Source: Bacteroidia bacterium (GTDB lineage: Bacteria; Bacteroidota; Bacteroidia; NS11-12g; UBA955). Taken from it: 64,000 nucleotides of DNA. Under the pieces are notes generated by a model. It saw only the letters and a list, made by a program, of their open reading frames with translations. It made no database searches and was not told the origin of the DNA. Positions 9,886-19,365 of the stretch are shown here, piece after piece; the first letter of the stretch is position 1; each line of letters begins with the position of its first letter. The stretch is from the NCBI GenBank assembly GCA_038317095.1, contig JBBQBB010000006.1, forward strand, positions 21,504 through 85,503, in the 5' to 3' direction. The position numbers and the translations under genes were made by a program.

Positions 9886-10800
9886 TTAACCTTTAATTTT
9901 TTGCATAACAATGTAAATTAAACCCAAAATAGCTGGGAAAAGCACGTTAAAAAAATAATTTAAAATTGCTGCGGCCAATAATGGTGGCTGCAAAGCTAGG
10001 GTAGTTTTAAAAACCATCAGAGGGATTCCTGTTCTAAGTCCAGCATCGGTTAATATCATGCTTGGGGCAAAACTTTGCACCAAATATATGGTAGCAACCC
10101 CACCATACAAATACATCAATTGATCGGATACATGCAAATAATAAAGCAATAAAACATAAAACGACGCAAATAGGATGTACCTCAATATGGAAATTAAAAA
10201 AGTGACTAGGATTTGTCGAATTGTAAATTTTTGAATGTCTTCTAAAACTTTTGAGATCCATACTTTACGGGCATTTTTAATGCGTTTTGAAAATGTAAAA
10301 ATAAAGGAAAAGAAAACAATGATAGAAATTAAGGCAATGAATGCGTAAATAGATAGTTTATTGTACTGTTGGTCTAACAAATAAAAGCTCGCAGGAATTC
10401 CAAATAGCATAGACACAGACAATTGAACGGTGCTTCCAAATACAGAATTAAAAATTGCAGGAATTCGGTTTTCATGGGTAATAAACAAAACGCGTCCTAA
10501 ATATTCACCTATTCGAAAAGGCAGAATATTGCTAACTGCGGCGCCGGAGCAGGTGCTTTTCCAAGCATTCCTAAATGAAATTGGTTCAAGCTGAACAAGA
10601 AGCAATTGCCATTTCTTGGCCTCTAGGCCCCAATTGAGCAAACTTACGGATATGGCGAAAACAAATATAAGCGGATTGATTGTTTTAATTTTATTCCAAA
10701 TTTGTTCAGGATTTTCGATTTTTAAAAAGTATCTCCAAATAACCCAGACCAAGGCTACGGAAACAAATATTTTTATTATTCGTACAAATTTTCGTTGCAT
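9886..10800 (-). CDS. UPF0104 / lysylphosphatidylglycerol-synthase-TM-like (flippase-like) membrane protein
   Basis: 304 aa polytopic membrane protein with a K/R-rich N-terminus followed by about 8 hydrophobic spans. Architecture and neighbourhood resemble the paralogue at 11290..12297. Confidence 0.6.
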   Translation of the reverse strand: MQRKFVRIIKIFVSVALVWVIWRYFLKIENPEQIWNKIKTINPLIFVFAISVSLLNWGLEAKKWQLLLVQLEPISFRNAWKSTCSGAAVSNILPFRIGEYLGRVLFITHENRIPAIFNSVFGSTVQLSVSMLFGIPASFYLLDQQYNKLSIYAFIALISIIVFFSFIFTFSKRIKNARKVWISKVLEDIQKFTIRQILVTFLISILRYILFASFYVLLLYYLHVSDQLMYLYGGVATIYLVQSFAPSMILTDAGLRTGIPLMVFKTTLALQPPLLAAAILNYFFNVLFPAILGLIYIVMQKIKG

Positions 10801-11300
10801 TAGAGTTTGTGTTCCGCAAGAATTTTTTTCTCAATTGCGGTGGTTGAATAGCCAGGTAGAAAGTTAATGGTTGTAACGGTACCTCCATTTTTAACCACAA
10901 TATCTGCACCGGCAATATTCTCAATTTTATAATCCGCACCTTTTACCAAAATATTTGGCAAAACTTCTCCAATCAACTCAAGCGGCGTGTCTTCGGTAAA
11001 AACCACAACCGCGCCTACACTTTGCATGCTTGCAATGATAGCGCTTCTGGAAAATGCATTTTGTAGTGGACGTGCCGGTGATTTCCCCAATCTTTTTACA
11101 CTATCGTCGCTATTTACGCCTACGATGAGAAAATCACCCAAAGAAGCCGCTTCGGCCAAATAGGAAACATGTCCAGCATGCAAAATATCAAAAACCCCAT
11201 TGGTAAAAACGATACGTTTTTTTTCGAATCGAAGCAACGATGCATTTTTTTTGGCATCAGCGCGTTTCCAAATTTTATTTTGTATGGATTTAGGCAGCAT
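10800..11300 (-). CDS. rfaE2: D-glycero-beta-D-manno-heptose 1-phosphate adenylyltransferase-type cytidylyltransferase (RfaE domain II only)
   Basis: IVFTNGVFDILHAGHVSYLAEA (HxGH nucleotidyltransferase motif) and LIVGVNSDDSVKRLGK. 166 aa, with no kinase domain. Confidence 0.85.
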   Translation of the reverse strand: MLPKSIQNKIWKRADAKKNASLLRFEKKRIVFTNGVFDILHAGHVSYLAEAASLGDFLIVGVNSDDSVKRLGKSPARPLQNAFSRSAIIASMQSVGAVVVFTEDTPLELIGEVLPNILVKGADYKIENIAGADIVVKNGGTVTTINFLPGYSTTAIEKKILAEHKL

Positions 11301-12297
11301 TTTTATCTAATTTTTGCATCTCTATCCAGAGTAAAAAATAACCTAGAGAACCTACCAAAATATTAAACAAATTGGAAAAAGCAACATTGTAAATTCCAAA
11401 AGTTTCTGCCTGTTCCGCGGGTAAACCATAAACGGTAGCCAAACCAAATGAAAGCGCACCCCATACGCCAGCCCCAGCTGGCAAAGGAATGGCAATGCCA
11501 ATGGCACCAAAAACCAACAATCCCAATGCATGGGTCAATCCCAACTGTTCGGTAATATCCAAGCTTTTCATAAGACAATATCCGCTTAGCCAATAACCAA
11601 CCCAAATGGATATAGAGAGAAATATAAAAATTGAAGGAGATTTTAACTTAAAAATGGTTTTTAAACCACCCGTAAATTTAGCCATAATACCTACGATTCC
11701 GCCTTTTTCTTCTTTTTCTATTTTGGCAGCCTTTCTATTTTTTATCCAATATTTAAGCCCAAAGAAAAGAACCATAGCTCCAACCAACAAAACAATGGTG
11801 TTTTTAAAAGTGAAAAAATTAGAGGCCGGGGTAAATACGTAAAAGTCAAAAAAACCAAAAATCAAATCAAATTGTACCATTAAGGTAATTAAGCAAACCG
11901 AAAGCAGCATCAATAAATCAATGATTCTTTCGGTCACAACTGTTCCAATTAAAAGCTCAATTGGAGCCTTTTCGCTTTTTGCGGATAACGCACAACGAAC
12001 CACCTCGCCGCCTCTAGAAGTCCCTACGTTTACCAAATACCCTGCCAATATTGCATAAAAAGTTCGGCGGTGATTTAATTTATAACCGGCAGGTTCGGTT
12101 AGCAAATTCCATCGTATAGCCCTTACCAAATGAGAAGACAACATGATGACAGCTGAGGCAATAACCCATTCTATTTTAGCGGATTTTAAAGATTCTGTGG
12201 TTTTAACCCAATCGGTTTTTATACCTATTAAAACAAAAACCCCTACCGCGAATAGCAGTAGGAGAATATTGATTAATGTTTTGCGATTGAGTTTCAA
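11290..12297 (-). CDS. UPF0104 / lysylphosphatidylglycerol-synthase-TM-like (flippase-like) membrane protein
   Basis: 335 aa polytopic membrane protein. HLVRAIRWNLL and GGEVVRC resemble the MprF C-terminal-TM/UPF0104 family. TTG start overlaps the panD stop (TTGA). Confidence 0.65.
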   Translation of the reverse strand: MKLNRKTLINILLLLFAVGVFVLIGIKTDWVKTTESLKSAKIEWVIASAVIMLSSHLVRAIRWNLLTEPAGYKLNHRRTFYAILAGYLVNVGTSRGGEVVRCALSAKSEKAPIELLIGTVVTERIIDLLMLLSVCLITLMVQFDLIFGFFDFYVFTPASNFFTFKNTIVLLVGAMVLFFGLKYWIKNRKAAKIEKEEKGGIVGIMAKFTGGLKTIFKLKSPSIFIFLSISIWVGYWLSGYCLMKSLDITEQLGLTHALGLLVFGAIGIAIPLPAGAGVWGALSFGLATVYGLPAEQAETFGIYNVAFSNLFNILVGSLGYFLLWIEMQKLDKNAA

Positions 12298-12641
12298 ATG
12301 ATTCGGTTATGTCTAGCCGGAAAAATATTTCGTGGATTGTGATCTTTTGCTTCTTCGGTTGTCATTTGGGCAAAAGTCATGATGATGAGTTCATCGCCAA
12401 TTTGACCGCGTCTGGCAGCAGCGCCATTCAAACCTATGATTCCAGATCCTCTCTCACCAGTAATGATATAGGTTTCGAAACGTTCTCCATTGTTGTTATT
12501 TACAACCAATACTTTTTGATTGGCAATAAGTCCCGCAGCTTCTATTATTTCCTCATCTATGGTTATACTTCCGGTATAATTTAATTCGGTTTGTGTTATC
12601 CGCACATTGTGGATTTTTGCTTGTAATACTTCTATCAGCAT
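12294..12641 (-). CDS. panD: aspartate 1-decarboxylase
   Basis: MLIEVLQAKIHNVRITQTELNYTGSITIDEEIIEAAG with the self-processing G-S site (YTGSITID). 115 aa. Confidence 0.95.
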   Translation of the reverse strand: MLIEVLQAKIHNVRITQTELNYTGSITIDEEIIEAAGLIANQKVLVVNNNNGERFETYIITGERGSGIIGLNGAAARRGQIGDELIIMTFAQMTTEEAKDHNPRNIFPARHNRII

Positions 12642-12728
12642 TTTAAAACTGCAAAATTAGGTCTGTTTTAAGGGAAAATCAAGGATTTACTAAAATCTAG
12701 ACTTTGGAATCATTATTTTCGCAGTCAA

Positions 12729-13334
12729 TTGCAATTTACATCAGCTATTGTAGAACAAGCCGCAGAGGCACTTTCCGCATTCCCAGGCATTGGCAGGCGC
12801 ACTGCTTTGCGTTTGGTAATGTATTTGTTAAAAAGGCCAGAAAATGAGGTTGCGGGCATGGCAGGGGCCATATTGAGGTTAAAAACAGAGCTTCAACTTT
12901 GCAATATTTGCGGCAACGTGAGTGACACGGAAACCTGCAATGTTTGCAGCAATCCTATAAGGAATCAAGGGGTTGTTTGTGTGGTGGAAGATTTTAGCGA
13001 CCAAATGGCTATTGAAGGTACTTCTCAATTTTCGGGGGTATATCATATATTGGGTGGGTTAATTGCACCCATGGACGGAATTGGGCCTGAGGATCTGAAT
13101 ATTGCGAATTTGATTGCGAGGGTAGGCAACGGTGAAATTGCTGAGGTGATTTTGGCGTTCAGCGCAACTGTGGAAGGCGACACTACTATGTTTTATATTG
13201 CAAAAAAACTAAGAAGTCTACCTGTTAAAATATCTTGCATAGCACGCGGCATTTCTGTCGGTGGTGAAATAGAATATGCCGATGAAATCACCTTGGGACG
13301 AAGTTTGTTGAACCGCACAGAATACAAGGTTTGA
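12729..13334 (+). CDS. recR: recombination mediator protein RecR
   Basis: FPGIGRRTALRLVMYLL (HhH), CNICGNVSDTETCNVCSN (Cys4 zinc finger), then a Toprim region. The start is TTG according to the track. Confidence 0.95.
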   Translation: MQFTSAIVEQAAEALSAFPGIGRRTALRLVMYLLKRPENEVAGMAGAILRLKTELQLCNICGNVSDTETCNVCSNPIRNQGVVCVVEDFSDQMAIEGTSQFSGVYHILGGLIAPMDGIGPEDLNIANLIARVGNGEIAEVILAFSATVEGDTTMFYIAKKLRSLPVKISCIARGISVGGEIEYADEITLGRSLLNRTEYKV

Positions 13335-13336
13335 AA

Positions 13337-15265
13337 ATGAAACTTTCTATCGTTATCGTAAATTACAATGTGATCCATTTTTTGGAACAAGCACTTTACA
13401 GCACCACAAAAGCCTGTAAGGATATAGATGCGGATATTTGGGTTGTAGACAATAACAGTGTAGACAATAGCGTGGAAATGGTTGAACGGCTTTTTCCACA
13501 AGTTAAAATCATTGCAAATAAAGTAAATACAGGCTTCTCCAAAGCAAATAACCAAGCAATAAGGGCTAGTACAGGCGAGTTTTTACTGCTGCTAAATCCG
13601 GATACAGTGCTGCAAGAAGATACCTTGCTAAAATCCTTAGAGTTTATGAAAAGCCATGCAGATTGCGGGGGACTAGGTGTTAGAATGATAGACGGTAAAG
13701 GCAAGTTTTTACCAGAAAGCAAGCGAGGTCTTCCAACACCCTCTGTGGCGTTTTTTAAAATGACAGGGCTTTCAACTTTGTTTCCAAAATCAAAAGTATT
13801 TGGCAAATATCACCTTAAATATTTAAATGAATTTGAAACCCATGAAGTGGACGTTTTGTCGGGTGCTTTTATGTTTTTGCGAAGAGAGGCACTGAATAAA
13901 GTAGGATTGCTGGATGAACATTTTTTTATGTACGGAGAAGATATTGATTTATCCTATCGCATCCAAAAAGGTGGGTATAAGAATTATTATTTTCCAGACA
14001 CAACCATCATTCATTATAAAGGCGAAAGTACCAAGAAAAAAAGCGCCAATTATGTAAAATTATTTTACAACGCAATGGTACTGTTTGCACAAAAACATTA
14101 CAGTCAAAAAATGGCAGGCTGGTTTGCGTTTTTTATTTCTATAGCTGTAAGATTAAGGGCATTTATCTCTCTCTTGTGGAGATTTACGAGTGCAATTATT
14201 CTTCCCACAATGGACTTTGTTTTCATCTATTTTGGGTTTTTTTCTATAACAAAATATTGGGAGAATTATAATAAATTTGTTCGTAACTTTTACCCTTCAG
14301 AATATTATTGGATGCACATTCCTATTTATATTTTGATTGTTATTTTTGCAATTTTCATCTCAGGAGGTTATGATAGACCCCTGATATTTAGAAGGCTAAT
14401 AAGAGGTACATTTTTTGGAAGTATTTGCTTATTCGCTGCTTATGCATTTTTACCCAAAGAATTGCAATTTTCAAGAGCCATATTGGGCTTAGGTTGTGCG
14501 TGGGCATTGTTGGCAACTGTAGTCGTAAGGCTTTTTCACCAATTTTTAGTACATAAAAATTTTAAAATATTCGATACACAAAATAAACGAATTGCACTGG
14601 TAGCTCATGTTCAGGAAGCGGGAAGAATTAAAAATCTTTTGGCGGAAAGTCTTGTGCACCATGAATATATGGCCTTGGTTTCCCCAAATGAACAAAAACC
14701 TGAGAATTTTGTAGGGACCTGGAATCAGTTGGATGAAATTATTGAAATATTTGAAATTAATTTGGTGATTTTTTCAGCGGCAGACATTTCGGGCACCTCT
14801 ATCATGACTGCTATGTCAAGACATTCTGGCGATAACCTGCAATTTAAAATAGTACCCGAAAACAGTTTTGTAATCATTGGAAGTAGTTCAAAAAACTCGC
14901 CAGGCGAACTTTACACCATTGATCTGAAATTTGCAATTGCCGAGAAGTTTACCCTAAGGAGGAAGCGCATACTGGACTTGGGTTTATGTTTTTTGGTATG
15001 TATAACATTTACGCTGCTGGTATTTTTAAAAAATGGAAGAAGGATGGTTGGCAATTTGCCCAAGGTGATTTTTGGGAATAAAACTTGGATTAGTTACATG
15101 GGCTCCGCTATAGACAGCGGCTTGCCAAAAATAAAATATGGCATTTTTAAACCTGTCGATGCCTACCCTAATTCGGCATTCGAAGCCAATGTAAATTTGG
15201 CTTATGCAAGAGATTATTCTCCCCAAAAAGACCTTCAAATCATTTGGAAATTGCTTTTTCAATAA
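13337..15265 (+). CDS. glycosyltransferase family 2 protein fused to a polytopic membrane region and a degenerate sugar-transferase-like tail
   Basis: MKLSIVIVNYN...VVDNNSVDNS...YGEDIDLSYR is a GT2 domain, followed by about 6 TM spans. The C-terminus (RRKRILDLGLCF..., NLAYARDYSPQKDLQIIWKLL) resembles the ends of polyprenyl-phosphate sugar transferases, but I do not see the KFRTM/DELPQ core. I chose the ATG at 13337 over the TTG at 13331. Confidence 0.75.
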   Translation: MKLSIVIVNYNVIHFLEQALYSTTKACKDIDADIWVVDNNSVDNSVEMVERLFPQVKIIANKVNTGFSKANNQAIRASTGEFLLLLNPDTVLQEDTLLKSLEFMKSHADCGGLGVRMIDGKGKFLPESKRGLPTPSVAFFKMTGLSTLFPKSKVFGKYHLKYLNEFETHEVDVLSGAFMFLRREALNKVGLLDEHFFMYGEDIDLSYRIQKGGYKNYYFPDTTIIHYKGESTKKKSANYVKLFYNAMVLFAQKHYSQKMAGWFAFFISIAVRLRAFISLLWRFTSAIILPTMDFVFIYFGFFSITKYWENYNKFVRNFYPSEYYWMHIPIYILIVIFAIFISGGYDRPLIFRRLIRGTFFGSICLFAAYAFLPKELQFSRAILGLGCAWALLATVVVRLFHQFLVHKNFKIFDTQNKRIALVAHVQEAGRIKNLLAESLVHHEYMALVSPNEQKPENFVGTWNQLDEIIEIFEINLVIFSAADISGTSIMTAMSRHSGDNLQFKIVPENSFVIIGSSSKNSPGELYTIDLKFAIAEKFTLRRKRILDLGLCFLVCITFTLLVFLKNGRRMVGNLPKVIFGNKTWISYMGSAIDSGLPKIKYGIFKPVDAYPNSAFEANVNLAYARDYSPQKDLQIIWKLLFQ

Positions 15266-15277
15266 ATTCGATGTAAT

Positions 15278-16459
15278 TTGCAAAAAGTAGCCGCTTTGAA
15301 TTCTTACGAACTTAAAAAATACTTCAAAATAATTTTACTGCTATTGGCAATAACCATTGGTGTGGCGACCGTTTTACTTAGCCGTAAACTAGCAAGTGCC
15401 ATAGCAATTGAGGAACAAAAGAAAGTAAAAATATGGGCTAGAGCTGAACAAATTATTACAGATCCAGAAGAGTTAGAAACTGACATTACATTTCATTTGG
15501 ATGTTGTAAAATCAAATTCAACCATACCTGCGATTCTGGTGGATGAAAATGAAAATGTAAAAGACCACATTAATCTTGATTCAGTAAAATCCAAAAACAC
15601 GGATTATTTGTTGAAAAAAGTGGAGGAATTTAAAGCCAATAACGAACCCATTTTAATCGCTATCGACAAAGGTGTTTTTCATAAAGTTTATTACGGAGAA
15701 AGTTCGGTTTTGACGCAACTAAGATACTATCCATATGTGGTGTTGGGGGTAGTAGGCTTGTTCATTATTGTCTCCTATTTTGCATTTAACTTTTCTCGTA
15801 GGGCAGAACAAAACCAAGTATGGGTTGGGCTGGCGAAAGAAACTGCGCACCAATTGGGCACCCCAATCACAAGCCTAATGGGTTGGGTAGAGTATTTGGA
15901 AATGGAATTGGGAAAACTGCCAAGTGAAGCAGGAGATGAAATGCGCAAGGATGTAAAACGATTGAATATAATTACAGAACGGTTTAGTAAAATTGGATCA
16001 GAACCTGTTCTGCAAATGGTGGATATAAATAGAGCCCTCGAAAATTCTATGGATTATATGAAGGGCAGAATGGGGCAGGGTGTAGAATTTGCGTTGAATC
16101 TTTATCCAAGAATATTGTATGTTGAATTAAATGTAAACTTGTTTGATTGGGTGGTCGAGAATCTCATAAAAAATGGCATTGATGCCATGGAGGGCAGAGG
16201 AAAGTTAAGCTTTACAGTGAGTTATAAAAACCACCAAATTTATATAGATGCCACAGACGATGGCAAAGGAATGCCGCGGAACCGTTTTAAAACCATTTTC
16301 AAACCAGGCTTTACTACTAAAAAACGGGGATGGGGCTTGGGCCTTTCACTTGCACGTCGCATTATCGTAGATTATCACAAAGGACAAATATTTGTAAAAG
16401 AAAGTTTGCCTTCTGTGCGTACTACCTTTCGCATTGTTTTAAACGAGGTGAGGGTGTGA
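15278..16459 (+). CDS. two-component sensor histidine kinase (orphan; no adjacent response regulator)
   Basis: Two TM segments, the H-box ETAHQLGTPITSLMGW, the N-box ENLIKNGIDAM, and the G-boxes DDGKGM / GWGLGLSLARRI. Confidence 0.85.
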   Translation: MQKVAALNSYELKKYFKIILLLLAITIGVATVLLSRKLASAIAIEEQKKVKIWARAEQIITDPEELETDITFHLDVVKSNSTIPAILVDENENVKDHINLDSVKSKNTDYLLKKVEEFKANNEPILIAIDKGVFHKVYYGESSVLTQLRYYPYVVLGVVGLFIIVSYFAFNFSRRAEQNQVWVGLAKETAHQLGTPITSLMGWVEYLEMELGKLPSEAGDEMRKDVKRLNIITERFSKIGSEPVLQMVDINRALENSMDYMKGRMGQGVEFALNLYPRILYVELNVNLFDWVVENLIKNGIDAMEGRGKLSFTVSYKNHQIYIDATDDGKGMPRNRFKTIFKPGFTTKKRGWGLGLSLARRIIVDYHKGQIFVKESLPSVRTTFRIVLNEVRV

Positions 16460-16487
16460 TTGATTCCAAATAGATTATCTTTGCTTT

Positions 16488-16958
16488 ATGATTCAACGGA
16501 TTCAGTCAATTTACCTGCTTGTAGTTTTGATAGCTGGGTTGCTTATTTTTTTTCTAAACCCCACCTACGCTACTTTTGAAAATGTTTCCAAAGACAAAGT
16601 AAAGCTTGGTTATGTAAAAACCACAGACGTGAGAATAAATTCGCCTATTGGCAATGCAAAAAGCAAATATATCAATTATTTATTGATTGCATTCATAAGT
16701 TTAGGTGCTTGTGCTGCCATATTCTTGTATAAGAAACCTGGGATTCAGAAAAAAGTGTGTATTTATCTCACGCTTTTATCTGCACTGTTAATTGTGATTA
16801 TGTTTCTTGAATTTTCAGAGCAATCCAAACAAATGGGAACTGGAGCACTCGGAGTAGGAGCAATTATCCCTATTGCGTTTATGGTCTGCTGCATTTTGGC
16901 ATGGAACCACATTCGCAGTGATGTGAACCTACTAAAAAGTATGGATAGAATAAGATAA
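16488..16958 (+). CDS. DUF4293-like small membrane protein
   Basis: The MIQRIQSIYLLVVL N-terminus and four hydrophobic spans are typical of the DUF4293 family as I remember it. Confidence 0.55.
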   Translation: MIQRIQSIYLLVVLIAGLLIFFLNPTYATFENVSKDKVKLGYVKTTDVRINSPIGNAKSKYINYLLIAFISLGACAAIFLYKKPGIQKKVCIYLTLLSALLIVIMFLEFSEQSKQMGTGALGVGAIIPIAFMVCCILAWNHIRSDVNLLKSMDRIR

Positions 16959-16993
16959 TCACCAGATGATAGGGAGCAATTATCCTTTCCATT

Positions 16994-17174
16994 TCCATTT
17001 ATGGAGATGGGATAATGAGTCGATGGCATATATTGAGCAATATATTTGGGGTGAAGAAAAAACCAAGCAGTAGTTACCTAATCAATGAGTAAATCAAACC
17101 AACGTCCCGTCTCCATTTATGGGGAGGGGATAAGGAGTCGATGGCATATACTGGGCAATATATTAGGGGTGAAG
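16994..17174 (+). repeat. two copies of a 63-bp direct repeat (16994-17056 and 17112-17174), 57/63 identical
   Basis: Aligned by hand: tccatttatgg(a/g)ga(t/g)gggataa(t/g)gagtcgatggcatata(t/c)tg(a/g)gcaatatatt(t/a)ggggtgaag. Each copy contains the ATATATTG-AG-CAATATAT inverted repeat. Confidence 0.85.
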
Positions 17175-18890
17175 TCAAAAACGCTATTCATGCTATTTAG
17201 TTGTATATACAACCTTTCTGCCCAAAAATTTCAGACCCCGTATGAATTATCCAATAAAAAAAGTACGGCCACATATAAGGAGTGTGCTGATTGGTATCGC
17301 AAAATAAATGCAGCATTTCCAGAATGTACTTATTTTGATTCCATCGGCATGGGAGATGTGGGTTTACCAATTTTTGCGTTCCGAATTTACAAAAGTGAGA
17401 ATACACCCAAACTAAAAGTATTAATTAACAACAACATACATCCTGGAGAGCCAGAAGGCACCGATGCAAGTATGCTTTTGGCACGCGAAATATTATTGAA
17501 TCAAATTAAATATCAGGAAGTACTGCAAAAACTGGATATTCATATTATTTGCCAATACAATGTAGACGGCACTTTAAATCAAAGTTGCTGCACACGCGCA
17601 AACCAAGATGGACCCGTAAATCAAGGTTTTAGAGGCAATGCGCGCAACTTAGATTTAAACCGCGATTTTGTAAAAATGGACAGTAGAAATGCAAAAAATT
17701 TCGTAATTTATTTTACCAAAAACAAATTCAATATTCTTATAGACAATCATACTAGCAATGGCGCCGATTATCAATATACCTTAACGTACTTTCACACCAG
17801 ACCAGAAAAAATAGCACCCGCACTTGCAAATTGGTTGTTGCCTTTTGATAAAAAATTAGCATCGGATTTAGAGAAAAATGGCTACCCTATTTCACCGTAT
17901 GTTGAAACCGTAAAGCATGTTCCTGATAGCGGAATATTTGCATTTTGGGAAAGCGGAAGGTATGCTACTGGATTTGCTGCGTTGCACCATTGCATTGGCT
18001 ATACGGTTGAAACACATATGCTAAAACCGTTTCCACAGAGGGTGGCTGCTACTATGGCTTTTATGAAAGCATTGCTCCAAAATTTGGCGGTGGAAAATCA
18101 ATGCATTGTATTATTTAATGCCACAAAAAACCTCCAAAACAGCAATGAATTATCCGGTTCAAGAATTGAAAAAACACAATACCAATTGGATATGAAAAGG
18201 GCGGATACCATTTCGTTTTTAGGGTATGGTTACAGTTATAAAAATTCAAAAGTTACTGGCTTGCCACGCCTGTTTTATGACCGAGAAAAACCTTGGAATA
18301 AGCGCATTCCATATTACCGATATTTTTTACCTTCTGACAGTATAAATTTACCCAAATATTATATCATTCCTTATGCCTGGGGTGATGTAACAAGTAGGCT
18401 TGAAATGAACGGAATAAAGTTAAAAAGGAATACCCTAGATACAGAAATATTAGCCCGAGTGAGTTATATAAATTCTTATGAATCTGTAAAGAATCCTTAC
18501 GAAGGGCATTATTTACATTTCGGTGTACATACCAGAGACACGGTATTAAGGGTGCAACTAAGAAAGGGTGATTTTATTGCAATAGTTTCAAACTCCAATC
18601 GGGTTTTCCTGTCGGCTGTGCTGGAACCGCGAAGCCCAGATTCCTACTTTAATTGGAATTGTTTTGATGCTATATTACAACAAAAAGAAGGTTATAGCGA
18701 TTATGTTTGGGAAGATAAAGCAGAAGAAATTTTAAATACAGATACAGCACTGTTGAAGTTGTTTTATGCTAAAAAAGCCTTGGATGAGAAGTTCAAAAGC
18801 AATGCAGGGGAGCAATTAAATTGGATATATAAACATTCATCTTATTATGAAAGAACGCATAATCTATACCCAGTTTATCGGATAGATTGA
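17085..18890 (+). CDS. M14 family zinc carboxypeptidase
   Basis: NNNIHPGEPEGTDASMLLARE (HxxE zinc site), NLDLNRDF and YTVETHM. The true start is uncertain (ATG 17085 or ATG 17190, MLFSCIYNLSAQ) because the 5' end overlaps repeat copy 2. Confidence 0.8.
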   Translation: MSKSNQRPVSIYGEGIRSRWHILGNILGVKSKTLFMLFSCIYNLSAQKFQTPYELSNKKSTATYKECADWYRKINAAFPECTYFDSIGMGDVGLPIFAFRIYKSENTPKLKVLINNNIHPGEPEGTDASMLLAREILLNQIKYQEVLQKLDIHIICQYNVDGTLNQSCCTRANQDGPVNQGFRGNARNLDLNRDFVKMDSRNAKNFVIYFTKNKFNILIDNHTSNGADYQYTLTYFHTRPEKIAPALANWLLPFDKKLASDLEKNGYPISPYVETVKHVPDSGIFAFWESGRYATGFAALHHCIGYTVETHMLKPFPQRVAATMAFMKALLQNLAVENQCIVLFNATKNLQNSNELSGSRIEKTQYQLDMKRADTISFLGYGYSYKNSKVTGLPRLFYDREKPWNKRIPYYRYFLPSDSINLPKYYIIPYAWGDVTSRLEMNGIKLKRNTLDTEILARVSYINSYESVKNPYEGHYLHFGVHTRDTVLRVQLRKGDFIAIVSNSNRVFLSAVLEPRSPDSYFNWNCFDAILQQKEGYSDYVWEDKAEEILNTDTALLKLFYAKKALDEKFKSNAGEQLNWIYKHSSYYERTHNLYPVYRID

Positions 18891-18901
18891 GGATAAACCA
18901 A

Positions 18902-19318
18902 TCACTCTCCGTAATATTCTACATAATTATTAATGGTTTCCCATAGTGTAATTCTGTGCAATTTTACGTCCGCTGGCAATTTTACCTCGAGTCTTTTCCA
19001 TATTTCCACAACCACATTTTCTATACTCGGCATGCAGTGTGCTAGCCATGGTACATCCACATTGAAATTTTTATGATCCAATTCGTCGATAATTTCTTCC
19101 TGAATAATTTTTTTTAAAAATTTGAGGTTTATAATACATCCATTGTCCGGGCTTGGGCTTCCTTTTACGGTAACATGCAAGTCAAAGTTGTGGCCATGAT
19201 AATTGGGATTTGCACAAACGCCAAATTCTTCAAAATTCTTAGCTTCACTCCAATTGGGATTCCATAATCTATGGGCGGCGTTAAAATGTTCTTTTCTTGA
19301 TAAATGTAGTATGGGCAT
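18902..19318 (-). CDS. queD: 6-carboxy-5,6,7,8-tetrahydropterin synthase (PTPS family)
   Basis: FNAAHRLWNP...GVCANPNYHGHNFDLHVTVKG matches the PTPS/QueD zinc-binding and catalytic motifs. 138 aa. Confidence 0.9.
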   Translation of the reverse strand: MPILHLSRKEHFNAAHRLWNPNWSEAKNFEEFGVCANPNYHGHNFDLHVTVKGSPSPDNGCIINLKFLKKIIQEEIIDELDHKNFNVDVPWLAHCMPSIENVVVEIWKRLEVKLPADVKLHRITLWETINNYVEYYGE

Positions 19319-19365
19319 TCGCTTGCAAATTTAGGTACGACAAGTCGACGTTTGTGATTTTGTGA

